Assembly (NCBI GenBank): GCA_041166245.1
Contig: JBEEFQ010000014.1
Coordinates: 1 to 51,441 of the forward strand
Length of the DNA: 51,441 nucleotides
Source: Actinomycetota bacterium
Lineage (GTDB): Bacteria > Actinomycetota > Acidimicrobiia > Acidimicrobiales > JAFATL01
Direction: 5' to 3'
Position 1 is the first letter of the stretch; every line of letters starts with the position of its first letter. The notes under the pieces are model-generated. The model did no database searches. It saw nothing but the letters and a program-made list of their open reading frames with translations, and was not told the DNA's origin. This document shows positions 27,156-35,950 of the stretch, piece after piece. The translations under genes were made by a program, and so were the position numbers.

Positions 27156-28126
27156 GCGGCGTCCTCTTGGTCGGTGGTGGTCTCTTCGGCCGGATGGCCG
27201 GTGAGAGCGAGAAACACTTCGTCCAGGCTGGGCTGACCGAGGGCGAACTCGGTGACGGCGATCCCGGCGGCGGCGAGCTCGGTGATGGCGGCGGCCGCGC
27301 GGTCGGGCTCGGCCGCGCTGGCGGACAGCCCCGCGGGATCGGAGTCCAGGTGCACCGGTGTGCCGAGGGCGTGCCCGAGCACCCGCTGTGCCTCGTCGCG
27401 CCGGTCGGGATCGCCGAGCCGGACGTGCACGGCGCCGGCGCCGATGGACGCCTTGAGCTCGCCGGGCGTCCCCTCGGCGATCACCTTGCCGTGGTCGATG
27501 ATGGCGATGCGCTGGGCGAGCTGGTCGGCCTCGTCGAGGTGCTGCGTCGTCAGCAACACGGTGGTTCCCGCGGCGACGAGCACGCGGATGATCTCCCAGA
27601 CCTGGTTGCGGCTCCTGGGGTCGAGGCCGGTGGTCGGCTCGTCGAGGAACAGCAGGTCGGGCGTGACCACGATGCTGGCCGCGATGTCGAGGCGGCGGCG
27701 CATGCCCCCGGAGTACGTGCTCACCAGGCGGTCGGCCGCCTCGACGAGCCCGAAGGCGTCGAGCAGCTCGGCCGCCCGCTCCTCGGCCTCCTTGCGGTCG
27801 ATGCCCAAGAGGCGACCGAGGAGCACCAAGTTCTCCCGTCCGCTGAGCTCCTCGTCGACCGACGCGAACTGCCCGGTGAGGCTCACCCGGGTGCGCACCG
27901 CGCGGGCTTCGGTGACCACGTCGTGTCCGAACACGCGCGCCGTGCCGGCCGTGGGGACGAGCAGGGTGGCGAGCATCCGCAGGGTCGTGGTCTTGCCCGC
28001 GCCGTTCGGACCGAGCACGCCGTAGACGGTGCCGGCCCGCACCTCGAGATCGATGCCGTCGACGGCACGGACGTCGCCGAAGGTCTTGACGAGGCCGTGG
28101 GTTTCGATGGCGAGCACGTCGATCAT
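27152..28126 (-). CDS. ABC transporter ATP-binding protein (DrrA/daunorubicin-resistance type)
   Basis: Walker [10 protein letters not shown], signature YSGGMRRRL, Walker [16 protein letters not shown] at 28126. Confidence 0.92.
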   Translation of the reverse strand: MIDVLAIETHGLVKTFGDVRAVDGIDLEVRAGTVYGVLGPNGAGKTTTLRMLATLLVPTAGTARVFGHDVVTEARAVRTRVSLTGQFASVDEELSGRENLVLLGRLLGIDRKEAEERAAELLDAFGLVEAADRLVSTYSGGMRRRLDIAASIVVTPDLLFLDEPTTGLDPRSRNQVWEIIRVLVAAGTTVLLTTQHLDEADQLAQRIAIIDHGKVIAEGTPGELKASIGAGAVHVRLGDPDRRDEAQRVLGHALGTPVHLDSDPAGLSASAAEPDRAAAAITELAAAGIAVTEFALGQPSLDEVFLALTGHPAEETTTDQEDAA

Positions 28127-28938
28127 GACCCCACCTTCGCGCCGTCGGGATCGCTGACTCCCAGGGATTCCAGCCACGCCTTCCATTCCGGGGTGATGCG
28201 CTCGACGTAGGCAGGCGCGTCATCGGAGAAGAAATACCCCTGGATGGCGGCGCAGGCCACGTCCGGGCCCTTGGCGAACGCGACGAACGCGACCACACCC
28301 GGGAGGGGGCCGGTGAGGCGCACGAGCATCTGCACGTCGTCGACCTGCTCGACAAGACCCGTGAGGCCGCGGACGTCGATCGACTGGCCGGGAGCGTCGG
28401 CGCCGACGGCTCTGCGCAGGGCGACCTGCAACGTCGCCTCATCCGTGGGCAGGTCGACGTTGACGTCGAGCGACGTGGCCGTCTGGCCGGGGAAGTGGGT
28501 CAGGTAGAGCCGCAGCCGGTCGAAGAACGGCACCCACATGCGCTCCATCTCGTCCCAGAACTCCTGCTCCCACTCGGCGCCCGTGCCGAAGGCGCTCGTC
28601 ACGATGCGCACCACGCACGTCCCGCCGGACGTGGCCTCGACGAGGAACTCCGTCGCCATCGGCGACACCTCGGCGCCTTCGTGGCCGCTGAGGGCGGCCC
28701 AGTCCGGCTCGATGTACGCGAAGCGTTGGGGCGGATCCCATCCGGTGACAGTGCCCTCGGACGACATGTCGTCGCCCATGTGGACGACGATGGCGCCACC
28801 CTCGCGCTCCTCGACCTCGGTACGGATGAACCAGGACGAGATGCCGTCGGCGGTGGCGATGGCCTCCCACACCTGCGCGGGCGTGCCTTGCACCTCGAAG
28901 GTGCGCTCCAGGCGGAGCGGAACGTCGGGCGTGGTCAT
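28123..28938 (-). CDS. SRPBCC family protein (AHSA1/Aha1-like START fold) with extra C-terminal domain
   Basis: [28 protein letters not shown]...[14 protein letters not shown] is typical of actinobacterial ArsR-linked SRPBCC proteins. Confidence 0.8.
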   Translation of the reverse strand: MTTPDVPLRLERTFEVQGTPAQVWEAIATADGISSWFIRTEVEEREGGAIVVHMGDDMSSEGTVTGWDPPQRFAYIEPDWAALSGHEGAEVSPMATEFLVEATSGGTCVVRIVTSAFGTGAEWEQEFWDEMERMWVPFFDRLRLYLTHFPGQTATSLDVNVDLPTDEATLQVALRRAVGADAPGQSIDVRGLTGLVEQVDDVQMLVRLTGPLPGVVAFVAFAKGPDVACAAIQGYFFSDDAPAYVERITPEWKAWLESLGVSDPDGAKVGS

Positions 28939-29513
28939 GTGGACTCCTCGGGTTTTGGATGGGCGGCGACGACGAGGCGGTGGGGCCGTCCGTTGTCGTG
29001 GTGGTAACGCGACGCGAGGTCGAGCACGGCTGCGGTGAGCTCGTCGGCGAAGGCGGCCCGGTCGGCCGCGGACTTGAAGCGGATCTCGGTGTCGATGGCC
29101 ATGGTCGGCAGGCGCTTGCCCGCGGTCTCGGCCCGTCGCGACAGGCTGGCGACCTCGCGGACGAGGCGTCCGGCGAGGGCGATCATGTGGCGGGCCGACA
29201 GGCGGTCGGCGGCCTGTCCGGGGTCGGCGGCCGACGCGCTGAGCGCGGCGGGCGAGACCACGTAGCTGCCGGCCGAGGCCTGCAGCACCCGCTCGGTGAT
29301 GCCGCCCCGCTTGCGCTCCTCGGTGAGCTCGACGAGGCCGTGGGACTCGAGGGCGCGCAGGTGGTAGTTGAGCTTCTGCCTCGGGACTCCGATGCGCAGC
29401 GCGAGGGCGCCGGCCGAGATGGGCTCGGCCAACTCGGCGAGGAGCCGGGCCCGCATGGGGTCGAGGGCCACGGCCGCCGCGGCCGGATCCTCGATGACTT
29501 CGACGTCGCGCAC
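28935..29513 (-). CDS. ArsR/SmtB-family winged-helix transcriptional regulator
   Basis: ALDPMRARLLAELAEPISAGALALRIGVPRQKLNYHLRALESHGLV. GTG at 29513 is preferred over ATG at 29576, because the ATG would place an AT-rich palindrome inside the coding region. Confidence 0.8.
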   Translation of the reverse strand: MRDVEVIEDPAAAAVALDPMRARLLAELAEPISAGALALRIGVPRQKLNYHLRALESHGLVELTEERKRGGITERVLQASAGSYVVSPAALSASAADPGQAADRLSARHMIALAGRLVREVASLSRRAETAGKRLPTMAIDTEIRFKSAADRAAFADELTAAVLDLASRYHHDNGRPHRLVVAAHPKPEEST

Positions 29514-29530
29514 GGCACCATCATCGTCCC

Positions 29531-29548
29531 TGACAATATTTCTTGTCA
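29531..29548. promoter_or_regulatory. TGACAA-N6-TTGTCA inverted repeat upstream of the arsR-like gene (candidate operator)
   Basis: TGACAATATTTCTTGTCA has perfect 6-bp arms. It lies 18 nt upstream of the GTG at 29513. Confidence 0.45.
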
Positions 29549-29614
29549 AGCGACACTCGGTGATCTGTCCCCGCATGCCTGTACAGACGACGACGCACGA
29601 GCGGAGTCATCGGT

Positions 29615-30805
29615 TCAATCGGGCAGCATGGGCACGGTGATGCTGGGATCGCGTCCCAGCAGGACGGCCCGGTTGATCGCGGTGGAGCCGAAGCGCTCCC
29701 GGACGGCGTCAAGGACCTCGTCGAGGGCGAGGCCGGCATGACGGTCGAAGGGCAGGGTGAGCTGCACGACGCCGTCGCTGTCGAGGTTGCCGACAGCGAC
29801 GCCCACGAGAGTGAGACCCTGGCGGGCGATGAGCGGACTGGCCTCGCGCAGCAGGGCCCGCACCGTCCCGAGGATCGTTTCGGTGTGAGCGGTGGCGCGG
29901 GGCAACGTGTGCGAGCGAGTCGCACGCGTGAAGTCGTCGAAGCGCATGCGGACGGTGACGGTGCGGCCCGCCCTGCCGGCGGCGCGCATGCGCCGCGTGA
30001 CGCGGTCGACCAAGCCGACCACCACGGCGTCGATGGACTCGGGTGAACGCCGGCGAAAACCGAGCGCGCACTGCGAGCCAATCGATCCTCGACGCCGGCC
30101 CACCTGCACGGGTCGGGGGTCGCGATTGTGAGCCAGGGCGTGCAGGTGGCGACCGGACCCACGTCCGAGCAGTGAGACGAGCGTCGGCTCCTCCAGGGCC
30201 GCGACCTGGGCGACGGTGGTGATCCCCCGCTCGTGCAGCTTGGCCGCCGTCTTGGCACCCACGCCCCAGAGACGTTCGACGGGCAGCGGGTGGAGGAAGG
30301 CCAGCTCGGTACCGGGCGCGACCACGAGCAGGCCGTCGGGCTTGCCGACGGCACTGGCGACCTTGGCGAGGAACTTCGTCCTCGCCACGCCGACGGTGAT
30401 CGGGAGGCCGACGCGCTCGAGCACCTCCCGCCGCAGTCGCGCCGCGATCTCCTCGGGGGTGCCGGACACCCGTCGCAGTCCGGCCACGTCGAGGAAGGCC
30501 TCGTCTATCGACACGCCCTCCACCAACGGCGTGGTGTCATCGAAGACCCGGAACACGGCCCGGCTCGCCTCGGTGTAGGCCGACATGCGAGGCGGCACCA
30601 CGATCGCCTGCGGGCACGCCCGCTTGGCCTGCCTCCCGCCCATGGCGGTGCGGACCCCGCACGCCTTGGCCTCGTAGCTGGCGGCCAGCACCACGCCGCC
30701 CCCCACGATGACGGGCCTGCCCCGCAGGCGGGGGTTGTCCCGTTGCTCGACCGACGCGTAGAACGCGTCGAGGTCGGCGTGCAGGATCGATGCCTCTCTA
30801 CGCAT
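29615..30805 (-). CDS. dinB: DNA polymerase IV (Y-family)
   Basis: ILHADLDAFYASVEQRDNP, SIDEAFLDV and ITVGVARTKFLAKVAS are canonical DinB motifs. Confidence 0.92.
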   Translation of the reverse strand: MRREASILHADLDAFYASVEQRDNPRLRGRPVIVGGGVVLAASYEAKACGVRTAMGGRQAKRACPQAIVVPPRMSAYTEASRAVFRVFDDTTPLVEGVSIDEAFLDVAGLRRVSGTPEEIAARLRREVLERVGLPITVGVARTKFLAKVASAVGKPDGLLVVAPGTELAFLHPLPVERLWGVGAKTAAKLHERGITTVAQVAALEEPTLVSLLGRGSGRHLHALAHNRDPRPVQVGRRRGSIGSQCALGFRRRSPESIDAVVVGLVDRVTRRMRAAGRAGRTVTVRMRFDDFTRATRSHTLPRATAHTETILGTVRALLREASPLIARQGLTLVGVAVGNLDSDGVVQLTLPFDRHAGLALDEVLDAVRERFGSTAINRAVLLGRDPSITVPMLPD

Positions 30806-30826
30806 TCAACTCTCTACGCATTCAAC
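30795..30826. repeat. perfect 16-bp tandem duplication spanning the dinB start codon
   Basis: TCTCTACGCATTCAAC occurs twice (30795-30810, 30811-30826). Confidence 0.9.
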
Positions 30827-30837
30827 ACCGTCCGCAT

Positions 30838-30851
30838 CGAACATATGTTCG
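30838..30851. promoter_or_regulatory. LexA SOS box (Cheo-box type)
   Basis: CGAACATATGTTCG is a perfect 14-bp palindrome matching CGAAC-N4-GTTCG. It lies 33-46 nt upstream of the dinB ATG and 22-35 nt upstream of the divergent araC-like ATG. Confidence 0.75.
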
Positions 30852-30872
30852 CACACGTACACTCCATCTGCC

Positions 30873-31304
30873 ATGCGCGTCCCCGACGAGCTCCTGGTGC
30901 ACCTCCGACGGGCCAGGGATCTCGCCGACCGCCACTACGCCGAGCCACTGGATCTGGACGGGCTCGCCGCGGCGGCGTCCGTGTCGAAGTTCCACTTCCT
31001 GCGCTGCTTCGCGGCCACCTACGGGAGGACGCCGGCCCAGTACGTCACCGAGCGCCGCATCGAGCGGGCCCAGGACCTGTTGCGGGCCACCAACCTCACC
31101 GTCACCGAGGTCTGCATGCTCGTCGGCTACGCGAGCCTGGGCTCGTTCAGCACCAAGTTCCGCGAGCTGGTCGGCGTCTCGCCGTCGGCGTACCAGGCCA
31201 AGTACGCGGAGACGGGTGCGCCCCGGATACCCGGGTGCTTCATCTTCATGCGCGGGCTCGCTTCCGCAATCCAGGAGAAGCCGGATGAGGGCGGCTCGCC
31301 GTAG
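30873..31304 (+). CDS. AraC family transcriptional regulator (short, DNA-binding domain only)
   Basis: LAAAASVSKFHFLRCFAATYGRTPAQYVTERRIERAQDLL...VTEVCMLVGYASLGSFSTKFRELVGVSP shows the two HTH units. Confidence 0.85.
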   Translation: MRVPDELLVHLRRARDLADRHYAEPLDLDGLAAAASVSKFHFLRCFAATYGRTPAQYVTERRIERAQDLLRATNLTVTEVCMLVGYASLGSFSTKFRELVGVSPSAYQAKYAETGAPRIPGCFIFMRGLASAIQEKPDEGGSP

Positions 31305-31313
31305 GTTGCGTCC

Positions 31314-31760
31314 ATGACCGTGAACATCTCGTTCTTCTCGCTGTTCGTCACCGATCAGGACGCCGCCAAGCGCTTCTACATCGACAACCTCGGCTTCGAG
31401 GAGCGCACGGACATCACGCTGGGCGACGGCTATCGCTGGTGCACCATCGGCCACCCCGACCAGCCCGGTATCGAGGTCAACCTCGCCGTACCCGGTCCAC
31501 CGCTGTCCGACGAGATGGTCGGCGCCATGCGCCGAGCCCTCGACAGCGGGTCGATGGGTGGCTTCGGGCTCAGCACCGACGACTGCCGCAAGGCCTATGA
31601 AGACCTGTCGGCCAAGGGCGTCGAGTTCCTGCAGGAGCCGGCCGATCGCCCCTACGGCGTCGAAGCCGTCCTGCGCGACAACTCCGGCAACTGGCTCGTG
31701 CTCGTGGAGCCGAAGGAGTACACGGCCGAGGACTTCCCGCCGGAGGGTCTGTCGGGTTAG
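31314..31760 (+). CDS. VOC family protein (glyoxalase-like)
   Basis: FSLFVTDQDAAKRFYIDNLGFE...PYGVEAVLRDNSGNWLVLVE. Confidence 0.85.
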   Translation: MTVNISFFSLFVTDQDAAKRFYIDNLGFEERTDITLGDGYRWCTIGHPDQPGIEVNLAVPGPPLSDEMVGAMRRALDSGSMGGFGLSTDDCRKAYEDLSAKGVEFLQEPADRPYGVEAVLRDNSGNWLVLVEPKEYTAEDFPPEGLSG

Positions 31761-31770
31761 GAATGACGGC

Positions 31771-32127
31771 GTGGACCGCCTGTACGTCAGACTCGCGTAC
31801 GAGGACGAGGAGGCGGCGGCCGCGTGGCTCATCCGTGTGTTCGGGTTCCACGAGCACGCCCGCAAGGGGAGCCTCATCTGGCTCGAGCACAGCGACGGCC
31901 TCGTCATGCTGTGCCGCGTCGGCTTCGGCCTGCAGAGCCCGCGCCAGCTCGGCGGCGTGAGCCACAAGATCAACGTCTACGTCGACGACGTCGACGCCCA
32001 CCATGCCCACGCCGCCAGCGAGGGCGCCGTCGTCCTGCGCCCCCTCGAGACCACCGAGTACGGCGAGCGCCGCTACGAGGTCAAGGACCCCGAGGGCCAC
32101 TGGTGGCACTTCACCCAGCGCCTCTGA
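31771..32127 (+). CDS. VOC family protein (glyoxalase-like, single domain)
   Basis: GTG at 31771. Motifs AAAWLIRVFGF and YGERRYEVKDPEGHWWHF. Confidence 0.7.
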   Translation: MDRLYVRLAYEDEEAAAAWLIRVFGFHEHARKGSLIWLEHSDGLVMLCRVGFGLQSPRQLGGVSHKINVYVDDVDAHHAHAASEGAVVLRPLETTEYGERRYEVKDPEGHWWHFTQRL

Positions 32128-32271
32128 CCTCGGGCTGGGCGAATACCTGGCGGTGGTCCCATCCGCCGGGGTCGGTCGTAGAGCACGAGTTCCTTGCCAC
32201 GGACCGCCTCCAGCCGGTGCGGGGCGCCGACCGGTTGCGGTGATCTCGGGCATGCCAGCGATGATCACACC

Positions 32272-33240
32272 GTGGTAGACGACGAGCGAGGGCCGAGCGC
32301 GCGCGACGACGCCGAGCGCTCGTTGCCGAGCGTCGCCATCGCGCTCGCCGCAGGTGTCCTCGGCGCAATCCAGCCGGAGATCAACGCCGAGCTCGGCGAA
32401 CGCATCGGCAGTGCGGTACTCGCGTCGCTCGTCAACTTCTGCGCCGCGTTCGCAGTGGTCGTCGTCGTCATCGCGATGCGGCCGCGGACCCGACGGACGC
32501 TTCGCGCTCTCCGCTCCTGGCCCGTCCCACCGTGGATGCTCACCGCTGGCTTGGGCGGCGTGATCGTCGTGATGTCAGGTGTCATTGCCGTGCCGACAAT
32601 CGGCGTCGTCATCTTCTCGGTCGCCTTCTTCGCCGGCCAGATCACCTTCGGCCTCGTTGTGGACCGCGTCGGCCTCGGCTCCGGCGTCGTGCGTCCCATC
32701 GTGGCGGCTCGGGCCCAGGCCGCGCTCCTCGCGATCGCCGCCGTCGTCGTGTCACAGTTCGGACGACCGGTCGGTGAGTTCTCGCCCGTGCTGGTGGCAT
32801 TCGTGTTCGCTGCCGGCGCCGCGTCTGCGTTTCAGTCTGCCTTCAATGGACGCATCGCCGGCGCGGTCGGCGATCCCTTCGCGCCGACCGCGGTGAACGT
32901 CACTGTCGGTGTCGCCGCGCTGGGGTCCATCGTGGCCGCCCTCGCGGCAGCCGGTCGCCTGGACGCACCGTCATGGCCAACGGAGCCCTGGCTGTACACG
33001 GGCGGGCTCCTGGGCGTGACGATCGTGTTGTCGCTGGCGATCTCCTCGGCGTCGCTCGGCGTGCTGCGCGCGACCCTCGCCATGCTCGCTGCACAGCTGG
33101 TCACTGCGTTCGTCGTGGACTGGGCGGTCGATCATGCCGCCCCCCGGCCCGGCGTCATCGTGGGCACCGTCCTCATCGCGGTTGCCGTGGTCCTCGTGGG
33201 TCGCAGCCGCATCGCTGCGGGCGATCCTCAGAGGTCGTGA
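32272..33240 (+). CDS. DMT-superfamily membrane protein, duplicated DUF606 (YdcZ-like)
   Basis: Two similar halves of five TM segments, with GAIQPEINAELG in the first half and AFQSAFNGRIAG in the second. The start is uncertain: GTG 32272 or TTG 32323. Confidence 0.75.
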   Translation: MVDDERGPSARDDAERSLPSVAIALAAGVLGAIQPEINAELGERIGSAVLASLVNFCAAFAVVVVVIAMRPRTRRTLRALRSWPVPPWMLTAGLGGVIVVMSGVIAVPTIGVVIFSVAFFAGQITFGLVVDRVGLGSGVVRPIVAARAQAALLAIAAVVVSQFGRPVGEFSPVLVAFVFAAGAASAFQSAFNGRIAGAVGDPFAPTAVNVTVGVAALGSIVAALAAAGRLDAPSWPTEPWLYTGGLLGVTIVLSLAISSASLGVLRATLAMLAAQLVTAFVVDWAVDHAAPRPGVIVGTVLIAVAVVLVGRSRIAAGDPQRS

Positions 33241-33455
33241 TGGAAGCTCAGCCGGTGGTGGAGCGTGTGCCCACGAGCGCCGAGATCAGCAGCCGCCACG
33301 TGTTGATGTCGCAGGCCACGCTGAGCGCATCGTGAAGGTCGGCCCGGGCCTTGGGCCCAGCGGGGTTTGCGAGGAAGGGCTCGAACATCTCGGCCACCCA
33401 GCGGCGCTGCAGTGCCGCCCGGCGTCGGTGTCCTGGCGATGCCGCGCTGTCGTGC

Positions 33456-33725
33456 GGCGTTCCCATTGTCTGCATCCCGTGCGGACGTGACCAGCCCGAT
33501 GGCGCACGGCGGGACGTCGACGCGGGTGCCGGAGTCGTCGTTGCGAAGTCAGCCTCAGCGCGGCGGATCCGCGACGCGGTCGCCAAGGCGCTCGACGACC
33601 CGCGGCTGCGCGACGGCGCGACTCGCATGGCGACGGCCCTGAACCGCCAGGACGGCGCCGAGGCAGCTGTACGGGAGATCGTCGACGTGGCCGCCCCCGT
33701 CGCGAAAGCGGGCGACCCGTCCTAA
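33456..33725 (+). pseudogene. C-terminal remnant of a GT1 (MGT/UDP-glycosyltransferase-type) glycosyltransferase
   Basis: GVPIVCIPCGRDQPDGARRDVDAGAGVVV...IRDAVAKALDDPRLRDGATRMA resembles the last ~90 aa of macrolide-type GT1 enzymes. No N-terminal domain is present in any frame upstream. Confidence 0.45.
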
Positions 33726-33735
33726 CCTCGGTGCG

Positions 33736-33972
33736 ATGGGCATGTGGGACCGGATCCAGGCCATGTTGCGACGGGAGAAGCGCGACCTGGACGACGCCAT
33801 CGACGACCTCACGCAGCGAGGCAACGCGGCACTCGATCGGCATGAGCACGAGCTGCACGCCACTCCGGAGGAGAAGATCGCCATCGAGCAGGAGCGCGGG
33901 GCCGAGATCGACGCCGAGTTCGATGAGGTCAAACGGCAGATCGAGGGCCGCGCTCGTCCCGACCCGGACTAG
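33736..33972 (+). CDS. small highly charged helical protein, unknown function
   Basis: 78-aa ATG-initiated ORF with a charged, coiled-coil-like composition. Its codon usage is typical of the window's genes. It has no recognisable family. Confidence 0.45.
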   Translation: MGMWDRIQAMLRREKRDLDDAIDDLTQRGNAALDRHEHELHATPEEKIAIEQERGAEIDAEFDEVKRQIEGRARPDPD

Positions 33973-34403
33973 AGCTCGTAGCGGTAGACGTTGGTCTCGC
34001 GCTGGGTGAAGCCGATGCGCTGGTAGAGGCGGTTGGCGGCCTCGCGTGACGGGCGCGACGTGAGGTCGACGGTCTTGGCGCCGAGCGCCTTCGCCTTGTC
34101 GAGGGCGGCCCGGTTGAGGGCCTCGCCGACGCCCTGGCCGCGGGCGGCGTCGTCGACGATGACGTCCTCGATCCAGGCGCGCAGCGCGGTGGGGATGCGG
34201 AACAGGGCGAGGGTGAGGGTGCCCACATAGCGCCCGTCGTCGTCGGCAGCCATGAACAGGACGGTCGCGGGTGACGAAGCGATCTCCTGCAACTGCGCCT
34301 CGGAGGGAGCCGGATTCGACTTCGACAGCTGCGGCGTCAGGCGGATGAAGGCCTCGACCACGTCATCGTCGACCGTGTCGACCTCGACGATACGGACTGC
34401 CAC
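33969..34403 (-). CDS. GNAT family N-acetyltransferase
   Basis: GTG at 34403, 2 nt after the upstream stop. IEDVIVDDAARGQGVGEALNRAAL is the acetyl-CoA loop, followed by ANRLYQRIGF. Confidence 0.8.
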   Translation of the reverse strand: MAVRIVEVDTVDDDVVEAFIRLTPQLSKSNPAPSEAQLQEIASSPATVLFMAADDDGRYVGTLTLALFRIPTALRAWIEDVIVDDAARGQGVGEALNRAALDKAKALGAKTVDLTSRPSREAANRLYQRIGFTQRETNVYRYEL

Positions 34404-34405
34404 GC

Positions 34406-35950
34406 CTAGTTGTCGGGAACGGGAACGGGCGGCGGTGGGCCCACGTAGCGGGCGCTGGGCCTGATGATGCGGTTGTCGGCCGCCTGCTCGAGGATGTTGG
34501 CGCACCACCCGATGACCCGGCTCGACGCGAACGTCGGCGTGAACAGGTCCTGGGGCAGGCCGGTGTGGTCCATCACCACGCCCGCGTAGAACTCGACGTT
34601 GGCGTAGAGGTCGCGCCCGGGCTTGAGCTCGGCCAGCACCTCGACGACCGTCTGCTCGACCTGCTTGGCGAACGGCAGTTTCTCCGCACCGATGCGCTCG
34701 GCGACGCCGCGCAGGAACAGCGAGCGGGGATCGTCGGTCTTGTAGACGCGGTGACCGAAGCCCATGATGCGCTCGCCGTTGCGCACCGCGTTCTCGATGT
34801 AGGGGCGGGCGTTCTCGACCGTGCCGATGGTCTCCAGCAGCTCGAGGGCCCGGCTCGGCGCGCCGCCGTGCAGCGGGCCGGAAAGGGCGCCGATACCGCC
34901 GACCACGGCGGCGGCCAGGTCGGCGCCGCTCGACGTGATGACGCGAGCGGTGAAGGTCGATGCGTTGAAGCCGTGGTCGATGGTGGTGATCTGGTACTGC
35001 TCGACAGCGCGAGCGATGTCCGCGTCGGGCACCTCGCCGGTGAGCATGTAGAGGTAGTTGGCGCCGTACGGCAGGTCGGGGTGGGGCTCGATGGGGTCGA
35101 GGCCCTGGTTGAGCCGGTACAGGGCCATGATCAGCGTGGGGATGACGGCGGTGACCTGCATGGCGTTGGCCCGCAGGGCTGCGTTGTCGATGTCGAGGCT
35201 GGGCTTGAAGTCGCCCGCGTACCCGACGAGGGACACCGCGGTGCGCAGTGCGTCGAGGGGGATGAAGCGTGAGCCGGCCTTGGCGATGGCGGGCAGCACG
35301 TCGCGGACCGAGTCGGGGATGGCGCGCAGGGGCTTGATCTCCTCGATGAACGCGGCGCGCTGCTCGGGTGTCGGCAGGTCGCCCTCGAAGAGGAGGTGCC
35401 ACACGTCCTCGAGGCTGCGCTTGTCGGCCAGCTCGACGGCGTTGTACTGGCGGTAGTGGTAGAAGCCTTCCTGGCCGCGGACGTCGCCCACCTCGGTCTC
35501 GGCGACCACCACACCAGCCAGTCCCTTGGGGACATCGGTGAGGGCCTGATCGACGGGACGGATCTGGGCGATGCGCACCAGGTCGCGCATCGACACGATG
35601 CCGACGAGCTCGGCGTCCTTCACCACCGGGATGTGGCGGTAGCCGTGCTCGGCGAGGCTCTTCCACGCTTCGGCGACCTCGAGGTCGGGCGCGACCGTGT
35701 CGGGGTCGTCGGTCATCCACTCGGAGACCTTGGTGGCCGACGCGTCGGCGCCGGACGCGGCGAAGCGCACCAGGTCGCGCTCGGTGAGGATCCCGATGGC
35801 CCGGTTGCCGTCGACGACGACAACGGACCCGACCTTGGTCTCCTGCATGCGACCGGTGGCCTCGGCGATGGTCTCCGATGGTGTCGCCGTCACCGCCGGA
35901 CTGCTCATGATGTCGGCGACCGTGCGCGTCTTTGCTGGGGATTCAGCCAT
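34406..35950 (-). CDS. CBS-pair domain fused to a type I (CitA / 2-methylcitrate synthase-like) citrate synthase
   Basis: ATG at 35950. Residues ~10-135 hold two CBS motifs (VADIMSSPAVT...VVVVDGNRAIGILTERDL and VSEWMTDDPDTV...HIPVVKDAELVGIVSMRDL). The citrate synthase core follows, with TTIDHGFNASTF, GPLHGGA and GFGHRVYKTDDPR. Confidence 0.88.
   Translation of the reverse strand: MAESPAKTRTVADIMSSPAVTATPSETIAEATGRMQETKVGSVVVVDGNRAIGILTERDLVRFAASGADASATKVSEWMTDDPDTVAPDLEVAEAWKSLAEHGYRHIPVVKDAELVGIVSMRDLVRIAQIRPVDQALTDVPKGLAGVVVAETEVGDVRGQEGFYHYRQYNAVELADKRSLEDVWHLLFEGDLPTPEQRAAFIEEIKPLRAIPDSVRDVLPAIAKAGSRFIPLDALRTAVSLVGYAGDFKPSLDIDNAALRANAMQVTAVIPTLIMALYRLNQGLDPIEPHPDLPYGANYLYMLTGEVPDADIARAVEQYQITTIDHGFNASTFTARVITSSGADLAAAVVGGIGALSGPLHGGAPSRALELLETIGTVENARPYIENAVRNGERIMGFGHRVYKTDDPRSLFLRGVAERIGAEKLPFAKQVEQTVVEVLAELKPGRDLYANVEFYAGVVMDHTGLPQDLFTPTFASSRVIGWCANILEQAADNRIIRPSARYVGPPPPVPVPDN

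Noticed and set aside
26319-28442. 707-aa ORF that appears to be one large protein. Chimeric ORFs of the same kind are 33969-35720, 6910-8628, 5221-6813, 23445-24701 and 9972-11639.
   Set aside because: Only the C-terminal part matches a protein family. The N-terminal part is an out-of-frame read through the upstream gene. Real starts were placed at ATG, GTG or TTG codons next to the upstream stop, often as ATGA/GTGA overlaps.
29514-29576. A longer ArsR-family start at ATG 29576.
   Set aside because: It would place the AT-rich TGACAA-N6-TTGTCA palindrome inside the coding sequence and add a non-conserved N-terminus. GTG 29513 is preferred, but the longer form cannot be excluded without data.
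32128-32271. 144-bp gap that might hold a small gene or RNA (the minus-strand frame reads ...AVRGKELVLYDRP...).
   Set aside because: There is no start/stop-bounded ORF with a family resemblance, no strong secondary structure and no tRNA-like features. It is treated as the promoter or leader of the DMT gene.
33367-33642. An HGG-containing ORF that might be the missing nucleotide-sugar-binding part of the GT1 remnant.
   Set aside because: The HGG lies downstream of the GVP...DQ segment, which is the wrong order for GT1 enzymes, and it is in another frame. It is a coincidental match in a spurious frame.
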